From Sedimentisphaerales bacterium (GTDB taxonomy: Bacteria > Planctomycetota > Phycisphaerae > Sedimentisphaerales > SM23-30): a stretch of DNA of 64,000 bases. Below, piece after piece: positions 39,661 to 50,162 of the stretch; positions within the stretch are counted from its first letter, which is position 1; every line of letters begins with the position of its first letter. The notes beneath the pieces were generated by a model. The model did no database searches and was not told the origin of the DNA. It saw nothing but the letters and a program-made list of their open reading frames with translations. The stretch is taken from NCBI GenBank assembly GCA_963666285.1, contig OY762711.1. The stretch is one strand, 5' to 3'. Position numbers and translations under genes: made by a program.

Positions 39661-41005
39661 GACATTACTATATGTACTATTTCTAATAACAATATTAGAT
39701 GTATATTTGATCAAGTTGGTTCCTTCGATTTATGTAAACAAGAACATATTAATATCTTCATCATGGATGTTTGCATTAGGCTTTTTGTTGTCTTCAAATA
39801 TTAAAGAACTATTGGCAATGGAATTGTCTTTTTGTATTCCAAATTATCAAAAGGAAATTAGAAAGTCGTTTTTTGTTATTGTGATATTTGGAGCTTTGGG
39901 ATGGTCACTTTTTAACCAAATTAGCCGTGCTAACATGATACCGTTAAACTGGATGTCTTTTATAACCGAACTGTTATTTTTGATGCTGGTTTTTTGGGCA
40001 GGTGCGTTCCTGGTAGGAGGTAAATCAAGTTTATACAGTTTTGTTATTGTTGGTATAGTTCTGTCGTTGACAATTAAGTATGGAGTGAATCCATATGTTT
40101 CAAATACTACGTTTCAAGTGATTACTATATTATCTGGAATAGTGGTAAATATTTCTGTATGGAGGAACATGGTTAGTCGCGACCTGGCGAGAGAGTTCAG
40201 CGGTATACCTTTCTTCGGATTAGGGACAAGTAATAACAAGAGAATGCAAAATAAATTAAAACATAGAATGAATTTGGGAACAGCTTGTAAAAGTGAGATT
40301 TTAGTTTCGCCTAAAGTTGAAGAATTTTTTCTTAGAAAAGTTTCAGACTCCGAATATGGAAGTATAAAGAAAAGCGTTTGGGGGAAATTATATCATTTAT
40401 ATTGTATATTAAAACCACAATATGCTGTTTTAATTTTGATTATTCTGGTTACTGCGCTGTGCCTGATATGCTATTTATTTGAGGCCGACAAAGAAAAGAA
40501 ATTAAATCCTGTTTTAATAATAATGTTATTTGGTAATTTATCATTAATAAAGCCAATGATTTATACAAATAATATTTATGAAGGAAGAAATCAGAGATTT
40601 ACTTTGGCATTAGTATATATATTTTTCCATTATTTATTAATAACATCAATAATATTTGTTGGGTATATATTCCCATTGATAATACAGGAATATATGCCTA
40701 GTATTAATATATTGGGTAAACATTTTGACTTTACATCACTTCCAATTGAAATTATTTTTATTCCAATTTACTCACTACCTGCAGCGTACAATCTTGGGAT
40801 TATATGGGAAATAAGTTATTTTCTAGGGGTTATTTATAGTGTGATATTGCTAGTGATAGTATCAATTATAATGGTATTGTACGAAAGAGGAAATGTAAAT
40901 TATTTATATACTTTGTGTAATGTAATTACTGTAATTAATCTAACAATGTTTATAGTGTTGATGAAGTGGTTTATAGGGCGAAGAGATTTAGTTAAACAGA
41001 GATAA
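39617..41005 (+). CDS. Putative ABC transporter permease, paralog 2 (AT-rich)
   Basis: Identical N-terminal MSVVTENMKHIYQNR; SFCIPN, LAREFSG, VEEFFLRKV...GS...WG motifs; multiple TMs. Confidence 0.75.
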   Translation: MSVVTENMKHIYQNRTLLYVLFLITILDVYLIKLVPSIYVNKNILISSSWMFALGFLLSSNIKELLAMELSFCIPNYQKEIRKSFFVIVIFGALGWSLFNQISRANMIPLNWMSFITELLFLMLVFWAGAFLVGGKSSLYSFVIVGIVLSLTIKYGVNPYVSNTTFQVITILSGIVVNISVWRNMVSRDLAREFSGIPFFGLGTSNNKRMQNKLKHRMNLGTACKSEILVSPKVEEFFLRKVSDSEYGSIKKSVWGKLYHLYCILKPQYAVLILIILVTALCLICYLFEADKEKKLNPVLIIMLFGNLSLIKPMIYTNNIYEGRNQRFTLALVYIFFHYLLITSIIFVGYIFPLIIQEYMPSINILGKHFDFTSLPIEIIFIPIYSLPAAYNLGIIWEISYFLGVIYSVILLVIVSIIMVLYERGNVNYLYTLCNVITVINLTMFIVLMKWFIGRRDLVKQR

Positions 41006-41035
41006 TGACAATTTTTGGTATTTTAATGAACAGCT

Positions 41036-41941
41036 ATGTATAAGGATAGAATTATGGAAAACGGGAAAGTTATAGTAGAGATTAGTGATGTTGTTAAGCG
41101 GTTTAAGAGTAAGGTTGCTTTGGACGGTGTGAGCCTGACGGTTGATCGCGGTCGGATAATCGGGCTGCTGGGCGCGAATGGTGCCGGTAAGAGTACGCTG
41201 CTGCGTCATATGATCGGATTGTACCTGTCGAACGAGGGCGCATGCCGGACGTTCGGTGTTGAAGCGTCTAAGCTTGGCCCGGGCGAGCTTGGCCGGATCG
41301 GTTATGTTCACCAGGAAGGTGAGCTGCTGGAGTGGATGAGTGTCGGTCAGCTGATCCGATATGTGAGCGCGTATTATAAGAGTTGGGATAAGCAGCTGGA
41401 AGAAAAATATATCGCCGACTTTGATATTAATGTTAAGGATCGGGTAGGCTCGCTGTCGCCGGGTCAGCGTCAGAAGCTGTCGATTTTGCTGGCGATCGGT
41501 TTTATGCCGGAGCTGCTGATACTGGATGAGCCTGCGTCGGCTTTGGACCCGATAGCGCGTGGCCAGTTTCTTGATCTGCTGCTGCATCTGATCCAGGATG
41601 AGAATCGTACGATAATAATCTCGTCGCATATCCTGAGCGATGTCGAGAAGGTAATCGATCATACGGTGATAATGCGTAATGGCAAGATATTGCGTGATTG
41701 CAGTTTTGACGATCTGCGTGAGGAGTTTATGAAGGTTGTGCTGACGGCGGTTGACGGTGCTATGCCGGAGGAGCTGCCGTTTGCGATGATCGGATGTAAG
41801 CGGGACGGTAATAAGTCGAGCTTTTTTGCCCGTGCGATGGCCGAAGATGAGCTTAAGGCTAAGGCCGAAAGTGTTGGATGTGTGGCGGAGGTTAAGACTT
41901 TGAGCCTGGATGATTTGTATAAGATAGTAATAGAGAACTAG
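41036..41941 (+). CDS. ABC transporter ATP-binding protein (YtrB-like)
   Basis: GANGAGKST, LSPGQRQK, LILDEP, SSH. Start is possibly the second Met. Confidence 0.95.
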   Translation: MYKDRIMENGKVIVEISDVVKRFKSKVALDGVSLTVDRGRIIGLLGANGAGKSTLLRHMIGLYLSNEGACRTFGVEASKLGPGELGRIGYVHQEGELLEWMSVGQLIRYVSAYYKSWDKQLEEKYIADFDINVKDRVGSLSPGQRQKLSILLAIGFMPELLILDEPASALDPIARGQFLDLLLHLIQDENRTIIISSHILSDVEKVIDHTVIMRNGKILRDCSFDDLREEFMKVVLTAVDGAMPEELPFAMIGCKRDGNKSSFFARAMAEDELKAKAESVGCVAEVKTLSLDDLYKIVIEN

Positions 41942-42444
41942 AACTTCGCTAAATGAAAAATGAAAAGTGAAAAATGAAAAATTAAGGTGTTCGCCGGCGG
42001 CTCACAACTTATTTTAAAGCTGGTGCATATTTAGAGTTTATATCAAAATGTGGGACCTGAAGGATGAAAGAGTTCGAAGAAAGAAGCGAGGAGGGAGTGG
42101 AAAATTAAAAATTCAGAATTAAGAATTAAGAAAATTGGTTTGCAAGATGAATGTATTTTGTATTTTTGTCTCTCGCAAAGGCCGCAAAGCTCGCAAAGAA
42201 TATTATTTGGCCATGAAGGAAGGGGGGGAGGGAAGAGGTAAGAAGTAAGAGGTAAAAGGTGAGAGAAGAGAGAAGGGGGAAGAGGTAAGGTAGGTGTGCG
42301 GCGTTGTTTTAAATACTGACGGTGATGCTGAATAATCAGGAGTATGAACTATGGAAACGGTATTAGTGGTATTAAATATTTTATCTATTGGATGGAAGAT
42401 ATTGAGCTTAGTTAGAATTTAGACTTTAGTTTGCAGAATTTCAG

Positions 42445-43884
42445 GTGAAAGATATGAGTACATTAGGAATAAATTTCAGGCATGTGTATCAGAAGCGAGG
42501 GTTTCTGTTTGGTATGCTGACGTACTTTTTGTTTGCGTTTTTTATGGACTTTGCTTTGATGGTTCAAAGGGACGGTCGTGTTGCGGTGTATTATGCGTCG
42601 GCGATGGTGTGGGTCTTTTTCTTTGGTTCGATGATAGCAGCATTGTCGGTAGAGGTTTTGGCCAAGCCGTTTGCATATTGTATGCCGGGGCATCGTCCGA
42701 TCGTCCGAAAATTTCTGATGATATCCGGGATAGTGCTTTCAGCGGCCTGGTCGCTGAAGGGGCTGGCAATGGCGATGTGGCGGGAGCCGAATTTAAGTGT
42801 GGCGACGCTGGTGGTGCCGAGTGTGAGTGCGTTCTGGCTGTATACCGTTTTTTACTGGTGCGGGGTGTGGCTGACGATGCGAGCCAAAAGCTGGACGGTG
42901 AGTATCGCGTTTTTTCCGCTGGTGATGCTGCTGAATAATGTATTGTATATATTTGATACGCTCGAATATGTTATATTTCATTATCCTGCGTTGTCGATAA
43001 TAGCGGGCTTTGCTGTTAATTATGTCGTTTGGGTCAGGCTGGACGGCGGCAGTATGGCGCGGGAATATTGCGGTAAGTTGAGGGTAGGTGCATTTGATGA
43101 ATGGAACGTTGATAAGATGCAGCGTGTGCGTAAGGAGCGGCTTGCGAACGCATCGGAGTCAGCGACAAAGAAGTTAATGGTGGCACCGGCAGTAGAGCGA
43201 TTCTTTATGGCTAAGATATTGGCTTGTGAGCCGGGCAGTATGTCGCAGTTTGTCTGGGGCGGATTGTATCGCGTTTTTGGTATGGCTGCGACCCAATATT
43301 TAAATGAGATGATAAGATTTTTGATGATCATGGTGCCGATCATCTGTCTGCTGTGTTATATACCGGGCGATACCGGCCGGATAGTGTTTATAATGCCGGG
43401 GCTAATGTTTGTGAATATGGATCTTCAGGTTCGTTCGACGATGATGCCGATTGCGAGCCGGCGACAGCGGTTCCAGGCAGGTTTGATGTCGGCGATTGTC
43501 TGTTGTGCTGCAACAGTATTGCTGTTAATTGTTATGACGGAGTGGACGGTTCCGGCAGCGAGTTTTATGCCGGCGATAAAATACTCCGGTCATGAATGGC
43601 CATTTACCGGGATGCAAATACAATATGTATCAGCGTCATTTATTTTGATACCGCCGGCAATGGCATTAGGCTTATTGTTACCTAAAAAACCGTTCTGGCG
43701 TTTTCTGATTATGATGGTATTATTTCAGATAGCAATTTTTGGAATTCTTGTGATGGGTGTGTTTAAGCCGGGACTGGGGTTGGTTATAGGTCCTTTGAGT
43801 GTAGCGGTTATGACGATTATTAGCTGGGTAATATTTGTAGCGGTATTGAGCCAGGTATGTAAAAAAATGAACCTGGTAAAATAA
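42445..43884 (+). CDS. Putative ABC transporter permease, paralog 3
   Basis: N-terminal N.(R/K)H.YQ.R and internal motifs shared with paralogs 1 and 2; multiple TMs. Confidence 0.75.
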   Translation: MKDMSTLGINFRHVYQKRGFLFGMLTYFLFAFFMDFALMVQRDGRVAVYYASAMVWVFFFGSMIAALSVEVLAKPFAYCMPGHRPIVRKFLMISGIVLSAAWSLKGLAMAMWREPNLSVATLVVPSVSAFWLYTVFYWCGVWLTMRAKSWTVSIAFFPLVMLLNNVLYIFDTLEYVIFHYPALSIIAGFAVNYVVWVRLDGGSMAREYCGKLRVGAFDEWNVDKMQRVRKERLANASESATKKLMVAPAVERFFMAKILACEPGSMSQFVWGGLYRVFGMAATQYLNEMIRFLMIMVPIICLLCYIPGDTGRIVFIMPGLMFVNMDLQVRSTMMPIASRRQRFQAGLMSAIVCCAATVLLLIVMTEWTVPAASFMPAIKYSGHEWPFTGMQIQYVSASFILIPPAMALGLLLPKKPFWRFLIMMVLFQIAIFGILVMGVFKPGLGLVIGPLSVAVMTIISWVIFVAVLSQVCKKMNLVK

Positions 43885-44131
43885 TCACACAGTTTGAGGG
43901 CTCTTATCAGGCATGTTGGATATAAGGCCATTTATCGCAGTAGGTTATAAAGTGTTTTTTTGCTGATGATATATTAAATGTATTTTTGTGATATTTTGCT
44001 GGTGTATTGTATCTGCGTTCTGAATTTAGTATAATAGTCTGATACTTAGTTTCAGGCGGAAGTGAGCTTGATGCTGTGTGGTAAAATGATCAGGGGAACC
44101 TGATAAACAATGACAGGTATGGAGAGAATGT

Positions 44132-45094
44132 ATGAGGAAGTTGATTTTGCTGTTAGTCATGGCGATGTCGGTTATGCCGGCATTTGCACTTGATAATGAC
44201 AACAGCGGTATGGTAGATGTTGGTGATGTTCAAACCCTTGCGGATAACTGGCTGACAGTTGATGACCCGCTAAATGTCGCGGACCTTAATGGTGACGAAG
44301 ATATTAATGTGTTGGACTTTGAGCTGCTCGCGAGCCAGTGGCTGGACAGTGTGGCGGATGTGGTGATCTCGGATCATCTCAGCCAGGTTGTGGTTTCAAA
44401 TTATATCAACTATTGCAATCCGGATATTGCTACTGATACAGAATATCATTTTGAGCTTATAGTTGAGACCGGCAGCGAGGTTGCCAAGCTATACTTTACA
44501 TCGCCTGCTGGTAATATCTATGCTATTCCGGCAGCGAGTGAAGAGGTTACAGTTGTTGGTGATGGAACCATAACTACCAGGCGTACGCTGGAGGGTAGTG
44601 GCGGAACGTATCAATGGTTTTATGATGCCTCGTTTCCAACTGATGCCGGGCTGGCTGATTATGGTGATGGCACATTTACTATTACAGCTTTATTTGCAGA
44701 CGGCGGTCGGGCGGCGACAGATGTCTGGTTTGGCGTGCCCGATTCAGGCAGCTTTTTGTCGCAGCCGGTCCAGGAGCCGGTAATGACAAGTTTTAGTAAC
44801 GGAGCAACAGTAAGTTCCCCGGTTACTTTTGGATGGAATACATATGAAGGTGAAGATGCGAACTACCTTGCATTTGAAGCAGTGAGTGATGTTCATAGTG
44901 ATATTCTGACCGGTGGTCCGCTGTTATTTTATGCAACCGGTTTGGGTTCTCCGCTGGCGATGGGTGACGGCGACTGGACAGTTAAGCTGGCATTTGCGGT
45001 AGCATATCCTCCGGATGAAAATGCTGACGGTATTGAGGTGAGAATCTCTAAATATACAGAGTCAGATTATACGATAACGGTTGCAGCTGAATGA
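44132..45094 (+). CDS. Secreted acidic protein with N-terminal dockerin/EF-hand-like repeats
   Basis: Signal peptide; DNDNSGMVDVGD..LADNWL and DLNGDEDINVLDF..LASQWL. Confidence 0.8.
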   Translation: MRKLILLLVMAMSVMPAFALDNDNSGMVDVGDVQTLADNWLTVDDPLNVADLNGDEDINVLDFELLASQWLDSVADVVISDHLSQVVVSNYINYCNPDIATDTEYHFELIVETGSEVAKLYFTSPAGNIYAIPAASEEVTVVGDGTITTRRTLEGSGGTYQWFYDASFPTDAGLADYGDGTFTITALFADGGRAATDVWFGVPDSGSFLSQPVQEPVMTSFSNGATVSSPVTFGWNTYEGEDANYLAFEAVSDVHSDILTGGPLLFYATGLGSPLAMGDGDWTVKLAFAVAYPPDENADGIEVRISKYTESDYTITVAAE

Positions 45095-45251
45095 TAGTTA
45101 AAGTGTGATGCCGTAGGGCGGCAAGCTTCGCTGAGTAAAAATGAATAATGAAAAGTGAAGAATTGCGGTGTCCTGATGAACGTTGACATCAGGAATAATT
45201 CGCTGGCGCGACCTATTTTTAAACGGCTAAAACCGAAGAAGTACGAATACA

Positions 45252-45295
45252 AAAAGGTGTAAGCTCCGGAAGGTCCGGGTTTACGCCTTTTTTTA
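45252..45295 (+). terminator. Intrinsic terminator
   Basis: AAAAGGTGTAAGC...GTTTACGCCTTTTTT. Confidence 0.6.
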
Positions 45296-45435
45296 TTGAA
45301 AGTGGAGATATAAGCGGATATTATAATCTGTTGGCAGCAAGCAGCGTCGCAGGAAAGCCTTTTTAGGCGATTTTTGCAACTTAAAAACTGCGAAAGTAAA
45401 CCAGAAGAAATAATCGAAACAGCTTAGGAAAATTA

Positions 45436-46368
45436 ATGGCGAAAGTAAAACGAAAAGGACAATTTACCGGAACGGTTTCTAAACGATCCCGCTTTGGAGA
45501 GGGTCATGAAGCAATGACGATCTCGTTTGAGGGCGAGGCCAAAGAGACGTTTGCCAAAGCGGTAGCCGGTCAGTTTGTTCAGCTGGCATGTCGCGATCTG
45601 GCAAAGACGCGGGTGACAGAGCCGCTGCTCAGGCGGCCGATCAGCCTGGGCGGGATAAGAGAGTATAAGGACCATACCGAGATTGATCTTGTGTTTAGAA
45701 TAATCGGGCCGGGCACCAGCTGGCTGAGCGAGCAGATAGTCGGACGTCAGATCGATGTAATGGGTCCGCTTGGCAATGGTTTTAAGGTGCCGAGTGATAC
45801 CAATAAAAAAGCGATTTTGATCGGCGGCGGTATAGGATTGCCGCCTATGTTTGCCCTGGCGGATATGCTGGAGGCAGCCGGGGTAGAAAAGATTGCGATC
45901 GGTGCAGCGCGAAGTGCAAGCCTGATAGAAGATGCAATTGTAATTGAGCCCCAGGTTGGCAGCGACCAGGTATTGGTTCCGGGCGATAAGCTGGCACATT
46001 TTATCCGGAGTAAAACCCCGTCAATAATAACAACTGATGACGGTTCGCGTGGTTTTCACGGTAACGCGATTGAGGCGTTGCGACAATATGTAGAGAATAA
46101 CCCGGCCTGGCAGGAAGCTGATATTTACTGCTGCGGGCCGGAGGTAATGTTGAAATATGCGGCGAAGTATGCCGAGGAGAAGGGCGTGGAATGCTATGTA
46201 TGTATGGAAGCGTATATGTCCTGCGGTATTGGTTTGTGCCAGAGCTGCGCGGTAGAGTCGAAGACCTCTTATGTATCGAAGGGACCGGGCCCGCATTATA
46301 AGCTGGTATGTGCAAACGGTCCGGTATTTAATGCGAGCGAGATAATCTGGGATAAAACAAAAAGTTAA
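45436..46368 (+). CDS. pyrK: Dihydroorotate dehydrogenase electron transfer subunit
   Basis: LRRPIS, GPLGNGF, GGGIGLPP, CGP..M, CGIGLCQSC...C..GPVF (2Fe-2S). Confidence 0.92.
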   Translation: MAKVKRKGQFTGTVSKRSRFGEGHEAMTISFEGEAKETFAKAVAGQFVQLACRDLAKTRVTEPLLRRPISLGGIREYKDHTEIDLVFRIIGPGTSWLSEQIVGRQIDVMGPLGNGFKVPSDTNKKAILIGGGIGLPPMFALADMLEAAGVEKIAIGAARSASLIEDAIVIEPQVGSDQVLVPGDKLAHFIRSKTPSIITTDDGSRGFHGNAIEALRQYVENNPAWQEADIYCCGPEVMLKYAAKYAEEKGVECYVCMEAYMSCGIGLCQSCAVESKTSYVSKGPGPHYKLVCANGPVFNASEIIWDKTKS

Positions 46369-46466
46369 GGCTATCTAAAAATTCAATTTGTGCTGCGAAC
46401 AAGCACTTTGCGTGCAGCGAAAAAATGTCCGCCGTACTGTGTTAATATTAGTGGAATAAATATTTT

Positions 46467-47402
46467 ATGACATCAAAAGTAGATATAAGTGTGAAGCTGG
46501 ACCGGGCGGTATTAAAAACTCCCGTCATGACGGCGTCAGGAACATGCGGCTATGCGTTTGAGCTGCGTGACTTTCTGGATTTCGATAAACTGGGCGGTTT
46601 CATCACAAAGAGTATAACACCTGAACCCCGTATAGGTAATCCCCCTCAGCGTACAATAGAGGTTGCGGCCGGTATGCTTAATGCGATCGGGCTGGCGAAT
46701 GTTGGTGTCGATAAATTTGTAGATGAGAAAATACCGCTATTGGGCCGGATGGAGATCCCGGTATTTGTAAATGTTGCGGGTAAGACGCTGGACGATTATG
46801 TAGAAGTATCGAGACGGATGAGCGGTTTGGATGTGATTGACGGACTGGAGCTAAATATAAGCTGTCCTAATGTCAAGCATGGCGGAATCGCATTTGGCAC
46901 TGATCCCGGATTGATAAAAGAGCTGATCGCGGCGGTGCGAGAGGTGTGCCCGGATAAGATACTGATAACGAAGCTGACGCCGAATGTGACGGATATAAGT
47001 GTGCCTGCGAGGGCGGCGGTCGAGGCCGGTACCAATGCTATAAGTATGGTAAATACATTTATCGGGATGGCAATTGATGTTGAGAAGCGCCGGCCGATAC
47101 TGGCAAATGTAACCGGCGGCATGAGCGGTCCGGCGATTAAGCCGCTGGCACTGCACCTGGTGAGGAAAGTGTATAACGAAGTTGCCAGGGATGCCGGTGT
47201 GCCGATAATCGGTATGGGCGGTATAGTATGTGCAACAGATGCAATTGAGTTTATCCTGGCGGGCGCATCGGCGGTCTCAATCGGGACGAACATGCTGATT
47301 AACCCGGGCGCCACCGGCGGCATAGTGGACGGAATAGAAGATTACCTGGCGCGGCATGGCTACAGCAGCGTATCTGAAATTGTAGGGGCATTGGAAGTAT
47401 GA
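46467..47402 (+). CDS. pyrD: Dihydroorotate dehydrogenase family 1B catalytic subunit
   Basis: ASGT, TKSIT, ELNISCPNV, KLTPNV, GGMSGPAIKP, GMGGI. Confidence 0.95.
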   Translation: MTSKVDISVKLDRAVLKTPVMTASGTCGYAFELRDFLDFDKLGGFITKSITPEPRIGNPPQRTIEVAAGMLNAIGLANVGVDKFVDEKIPLLGRMEIPVFVNVAGKTLDDYVEVSRRMSGLDVIDGLELNISCPNVKHGGIAFGTDPGLIKELIAAVREVCPDKILITKLTPNVTDISVPARAAVEAGTNAISMVNTFIGMAIDVEKRRPILANVTGGMSGPAIKPLALHLVRKVYNEVARDAGVPIIGMGGIVCATDAIEFILAGASAVSIGTNMLINPGATGGIVDGIEDYLARHGYSSVSEIVGALEV

Positions 47403-47689
47403 ACGAAGTATTACAGCTATTAAGAGATTATTTTCCGACGGCGGTCTATACCGGTACCGCGCTGGTGTTTATCAGTGAGGAGAGCCGGGTGGAACTGACC
47501 CAGCGTCCCGGTTCGATGGCAAATGACGGTCTAATCGGAGTTGTCCGGGTGAAGCTGTTTACCAGGGACAATAACGGCGAGTTTATCCCGGGCCATTTTG
47601 AAGATTTCAGCATCCCGGATATATCAGACCTGGCAGGAGAGATCGAGAAGTTCGTTCAGTTTGCGGTTGGTAAGAATCTCAAAGAGTAA
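47399..47689 (+). CDS. Hypothetical protein coupled to pyrD
   Basis: ATGA overlap with the pyrD stop; 96 aa with plausible composition. Confidence 0.6.
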   Translation: MNEVLQLLRDYFPTAVYTGTALVFISEESRVELTQRPGSMANDGLIGVVRVKLFTRDNNGEFIPGHFEDFSIPDISDLAGEIEKFVQFAVGKNLKE

Positions 47690-47744
47690 ACAGCCGGTTG
47701 GAAGCGGAGAGATTCAGGAAAAGGTAGTTTGGGATCCGGTGAAA

Positions 47745-50060
47745 TTACATTTCACCTTTAATCAGTTCGTTGAGTTTATCAATTATCAGATTCAGGCCGG
47801 TTGCATTTTCGTTAAGGTTAACAGCTGCTGAAGCAGTTTCTTCGGCATTAGCGGCGTTCTGCTGGGTAACCTTGTCCAAAGCTACCATAGCTTCATTTAT
47901 ATTGCTTATATTGTCCGCCTGCTGCTGGTAGGTTGCATCCATTTCATCAATTACTTCGTTGGTATTTCGAGCTTTGTTAACAATCTCATTGAGCAGTTCA
48001 GATACATTTTTAGAGGTTTCAGTGCCGGACTTGGTAGTTTCAATAGATTTATCGATCATGCCGGCAGTGTTATTAACGGCTTCGGTAGCGCGGTGAGCGA
48101 GGTTGCGTACCTCGGCGGCGACGACAGCAAACCCTTTGCCAGCTTCGCCGGCCCGAGCAGCTTCTACTGCCGCGTTAAGGGCGAGCAGGTTGGTCTGGAA
48201 CGCTATATCATTGATAGTTTTGATAATATTAGAAGTTTCGGTAGAAACAGTATTGATCTGTTCCATAACAGCCGTCATTTTTTTTACCTCATCAAAGCCA
48301 TTATTGGCAGTGTTATGAGAGTCGGCAGATAGTCTTTTGGCATTTTTAGCATTATTGATATTTTGTTTTGTTTCAAAAGTAATATCATGCAGACTGGCAA
48401 GCATTTCCTGCAGCCCGGCAGCCTGGCTGCAGGACCCGTCAGAAACATGTTGAGCGACAGAAGACACTTCATTCGAAGTTCGGCTCAAAGTGCCGGCGCT
48501 TTCCTTTAGGTTGGAGACGATCAAGCTGATTTTTTTGGAGAGCGAGTGAGGGAAAAGAATTCCGAAGGAAACAGTCAGGATGAAAGTGGCAGTAACGATA
48601 GCAATCATTATTTTATACCCGGAGGTAATAATTTTGGAGCTGTTTGATAGTTTCTGACTGACGTTGTCTTTTAGTTTTTGCGCACTGGTAAGAATTTCTT
48701 TATTAATAATATCAATATTAGAGGCGATATTGAGATGTTCATTTTCGAGTTCGATACCACAGGAAATAACTTTGCACCTGGTCTCTTTGAGTTTAGGTAT
48801 TGCCAGGTCAAGTGCTGAGATATGTTTGGCCGGGTCAGAGTCAAATAATTTATAACCAGCCCTGAAAACCAGGCATTCATTCTCTATCAGGCGTGCCACA
48901 TTTTCAACGCTTTTAATATCAGCGGCAAGCATAATATCTCTGGCTTTAAGATTTATTGAAGCAATAGCGTTTTTGATATTTTGCGCCTGGTTGATCATTG
49001 CCATAGTATCGTTTATGTTTTTGGCAAGCGAGCTGATATTATCAGCCATCTGCCTGATATATTCAGATGAAGTATTCTGTACCGTATTGAGCGTGTTTTC
49101 TACTTTGATAATAGCATCGAAACTGATATTATCGACAATGTTTAGCACTTCCTCATCCACTCTTGCGATATTATCATCAATAGCAGCTAACTCTTCGGTA
49201 ATCTCGATAAAATTCGGATCAGATAAGGTTTTAATTTTGACATCAAAGATCCGGGGTAGAGAATTTTCTATAGTTTTAACCATAGGCTCGAGAGCCGTTA
49301 CAGAGTTATTGTTTTTAATTTCATTTATCTTATTATAAATTGAGCTGAAAATTGTTTCGAGAGAGGTTTGGACATATTTAATTTTTGCTTTATCAGTTGA
49401 CAGCAAGGCGTTCTTCAGATTAGCGTTCATAACAAAAACGTTAGTTCTGATATCAAGTATAGTTTGGATATTTGATATACTGTCTTGTGATACTTTGGAT
49501 AATAATTTCAGATTTTCAGATAGTTCCTGACCGCTCAGGTTAGACTGAATTTTAATTTCGACAATAGCATTGTCAAGAATAGAAACAGCCTCGCTGCTGA
49601 TCTCCAGAACTCGTGCGTCGATTTCCGGTCCAAGTTCGTTAAGTATATCAGTGACATTTTCCTTGCATGTGATAAGTTCTTCAGCGGCCGAAAGCATATC
49701 GTGCTTTTTGCGGTAAAGCATTTGGATCTCATTAGTCAGCTTTTTCTGTTTATCCGGGTCGATATCAAGAGAAGTATTTTTGAGTTCTGAAATTTTATTT
49801 TCAGACGGCTTTAATGACTTAATGGAATCAGCATTAACGATAGATTCAATAGCAGACTGAATATTTATAAGATAAGTGCTTTGAGCAATTTGCTGTTCAA
49901 TGCCGGCGTTTGTTTCAGTTATGCTGCTGTCGATGTCGGTTTTGAGGACAGACATAATTGTAATGGCGGCGGCACCGGATAAGACAGTACATGCCGCAAT
50001 CAGCAGGAAGCTGGCAAGCAGTTTAAATTTTAGGCTGAACATTTTTAACATTAACTTCAC
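47745..50060 (-). CDS. Methyl-accepting chemotaxis protein
   Basis: Two TMs flanking a long helical sensor; [30 protein letters not shown] signalling hairpin. Confidence 0.95.
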   Translation of the reverse strand: MKLMLKMFSLKFKLLASFLLIAACTVLSGAAAITIMSVLKTDIDSSITETNAGIEQQIAQSTYLINIQSAIESIVNADSIKSLKPSENKISELKNTSLDIDPDKQKKLTNEIQMLYRKKHDMLSAAEELITCKENVTDILNELGPEIDARVLEISSEAVSILDNAIVEIKIQSNLSGQELSENLKLLSKVSQDSISNIQTILDIRTNVFVMNANLKNALLSTDKAKIKYVQTSLETIFSSIYNKINEIKNNNSVTALEPMVKTIENSLPRIFDVKIKTLSDPNFIEITEELAAIDDNIARVDEEVLNIVDNISFDAIIKVENTLNTVQNTSSEYIRQMADNISSLAKNINDTMAMINQAQNIKNAIASINLKARDIMLAADIKSVENVARLIENECLVFRAGYKLFDSDPAKHISALDLAIPKLKETRCKVISCGIELENEHLNIASNIDIINKEILTSAQKLKDNVSQKLSNSSKIITSGYKIMIAIVTATFILTVSFGILFPHSLSKKISLIVSNLKESAGTLSRTSNEVSSVAQHVSDGSCSQAAGLQEMLASLHDITFETKQNINNAKNAKRLSADSHNTANNGFDEVKKMTAVMEQINTVSTETSNIIKTINDIAFQTNLLALNAAVEAARAGEAGKGFAVVAAEVRNLAHRATEAVNNTAGMIDKSIETTKSGTETSKNVSELLNEIVNKARNTNEVIDEMDATYQQQADNISNINEAMVALDKVTQQNAANAEETASAAVNLNENATGLNLIIDKLNELIKGEM

Positions 50061-50162
50061 CTAAAGTGCGTTATCGCACTTTTGACTGTTCTGCATTACA
50101 CGCAAAGGCACTTCCAGAGGTCAGCTAAATACTACGAAGCTTTATCATAATAATACGATTTC

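Noticed and set aside
34432..45252. Recurrent small minus-strand ORFs starting MST(Y/F)(F/I)RT (34650, 35038, about 35617, about 45190)
   Set aside because: They are translations of the family C repeat; frames and lengths are not conserved beyond the repeat.
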